The position numbers were made by a program, and so were the translations under genes. Positions 62,372-64,000 of a DNA stretch of 64,000 bases are shown piece after piece. Under the pieces are notes generated by a model, which was given only the letters and a program-made list of their open reading frames with translations, made no database searches and was not told the DNA's origin. Every line of letters begins with the position of its first letter. Within the stretch, counting starts at the first letter, position 1. Source of the stretch: Psilocybe cubensis (taxonomy: Eukaryota); the NCBI GenBank assembly GCA_017499595.2, contig CM038998.1, positions 3,472,001-3,536,000 on the forward strand, given 5' to 3'.

Positions 62372-62942
62372 AATGACACTTTTATGTGGACATGTTTCCT
62401 ATTTTGCTTGTGCCTGCTGCTTCTTCGTTGGGATTCCCTTTCCTTTTCGTTTTATTTCTCTTCTATGCGTACAATCTTTGTAATACTTACATTTCCTCTG
62501 GAGGCGGTCGTTGCAATATTTTATTTTTTAAATGTGCGTCATGAATTTGACGACACTGCTGCCTCTTCAACTTTAAAGCAGCGCCCTATACAATTTGTGC
62601 GAGAGAGATATTTAAGATTCAAGTGCATATGAAGTCGTCTAAGAAATCTACAGCAGCCCACACACTATTGAAAATGAGAAAAAGCAAATTGAAATGCCAC
62701 AGAATAACCATCCTAATAGATATATATTTCTTTCGTTATGAATGAGAGAGATGAAAGAAGATATGTAACGCCAGTGTGTAGAAGAGCAAGTGAAAAAATG
62801 GGGAGATAACACCAGTCAGTAAGATTAGATGACCGCAATACCAAATGTTAGAATGGTCGGGGCGGGGCATCAGATCAGAAATCAAGAAATAGGATCTCCT
62901 GCCAGGATAGTGAGATGATGATGAGGGACAAGCCTTTGTCCG

Positions 62943-64000
62943 TTAGATAACGATGCTCCAGTCGCTTGGGATCTTGCCGGTTTGGCGACCGACGAGCTCG
63001 GTCCAGATGTGGCGCGAAAGTGGGCCCATGCCATCTTTGCCAACTGGGATGTGGACGTCTTCGCCTAGGTAGCCGATGCGGTCGACGGGGCTGATGATAG
63101 CGGCAGTACCTATATCGGCAGGACAAAAGTTTAGACAAGAGATGGGAGAAAAAAAAAAGCAGTTTTACGCACCAGCACCAAAGAGCTCAGCGAGCCGTCC
63201 AGATTCGGATGCTTCCTTGACTTCGGACATTGTTACGGGTCGCTCTGAGACTGTGATGTCCGTGGGGAGGCCTGCGACGGGTTTGACGCCGGATGCGTGC
63301 TCGCGCGCGAGGGTGAGGACGGAGTCGCGAGTGATACCTGGGAGAATCATGCCGTCGAGGGGTGGAGTGACAAGTTCATACCCTAGAGAGAATATGGTGC
63401 AGAGGCAGAGTTAAAATTTTGATAGTGTTGAAAAATGGTGATTTTGTTACCTCCTCCCTCTTTGTGGAACACGACGAACATGTTCATGGTGCCAACTTCA
63501 GTGAGGTAGTGTTCGGGCCCATGAAGCCACAGGTTCTGGGAGTATCCTTGGGCGGCGGCGTGTCTCTGGGGTAGGATTCCTGGGGCGTAGTTAACACCAA
63601 GCTTGAATGCACCGGTTCCTGATTGATGTTAATGTTAATATCTGCTATGTGTGAGTAAGGAGGGATTAGATGGGACGAACCTCCAGGGGCGGCCCGGACG
63701 TACTCCGTGGTACCGTAGAGTGCGATAGGTTTGAAGCCAGTGGGATAATACAAGCCTACGGGGCTCAGGATGACGAAGAGAAGAGCTTCATTGGGAGGGC
63801 TGACACCGATAGCTTTTTGTGTGCCAACTGTGTTGATTTGTGGTTAGTTGAGATAAATGACACTTGAATGCGGGAAGCGAAAACTCACTGAGGGTAGGCC
63901 GTACGTAAAGACTGTGGCCTGGCTCAGATGGGATCCAGTGCTTGTCGATGCGGATAAGCTGCTTGATGAGTTCCAGAAGAGCATCACCGTTGAATGTCTA
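62943..64000 (-). CDS. Branched-chain amino acid aminotransferase, 5' part outside the window
   Basis: [24 protein letters not shown] (PLP lysine), [34 protein letters not shown]; ends SDWSIVI-stop. Confidence 0.93.

Noticed and set aside
1-64000. Apparent frameshifts, premature stops and TTG/GTG starts throughout the ORF track
   Set aside because: Explained by spliceosomal introns with recognisable donors and acceptors; not pseudogenes, recoding or an alternative genetic code.
1-64000. Transposons, tRNA, rRNA, CRISPR arrays, secondary-metabolite backbone genes
   Set aside because: No transposase or reverse-transcriptase motifs, long terminal repeats, cloverleafs, spacer arrays or PKS/NRPS/terpene synthase motifs recognised; small ncRNAs could still have been missed by eye.

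Overview
Gene-dense, intron-rich eukaryotic DNA of fungal type, most consistent with a basidiomycete (Agaricomycete-like): short ~50-60 nt GT-AG introns, micro-exons and compact divergent promoters. The ORF track shows exon fragments, so I rebuilt 28 spliced gene models by eye; coordinates are start-to-stop spans including introns. Most are housekeeping genes: HAS1, a Pth2-like gene, Mpv17/PMP22, UTP4, TIM10, threonine aldolase, MPH1/FANCM, a G-patch/C2H2 gene, BDF1, WDR70, frataxin, two rhodaneses, VMA5, a multi-KH protein, URB2, RBM26/27-like and a partial BCAT. The best candidate for an undescribed system is at 29.9-33.3 kb. A Ctr copper importer is followed by two co-oriented GPI-type X325/Bim1-like histidine-brace proteins, one with an extra His/Asp tail, within a wider metal/sulfur neighbourhood. 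Second, a ferroportin with altered metal ligands sits between two duplicated RWD-RBR ubiquitin ligases at 43.8-49.8 kb. Other notable items are a probable Pth2 pseudoenzyme, a FAM104/VCF-like helix protein, two consecutive 4-nt micro-exons in MPH1, and a G-quadruplex-like spacer between WDR70 and BDF1. I recognised no tRNA, rRNA, CRISPR array or transposon. All family calls come from motif recognition and memory; no database search was run.
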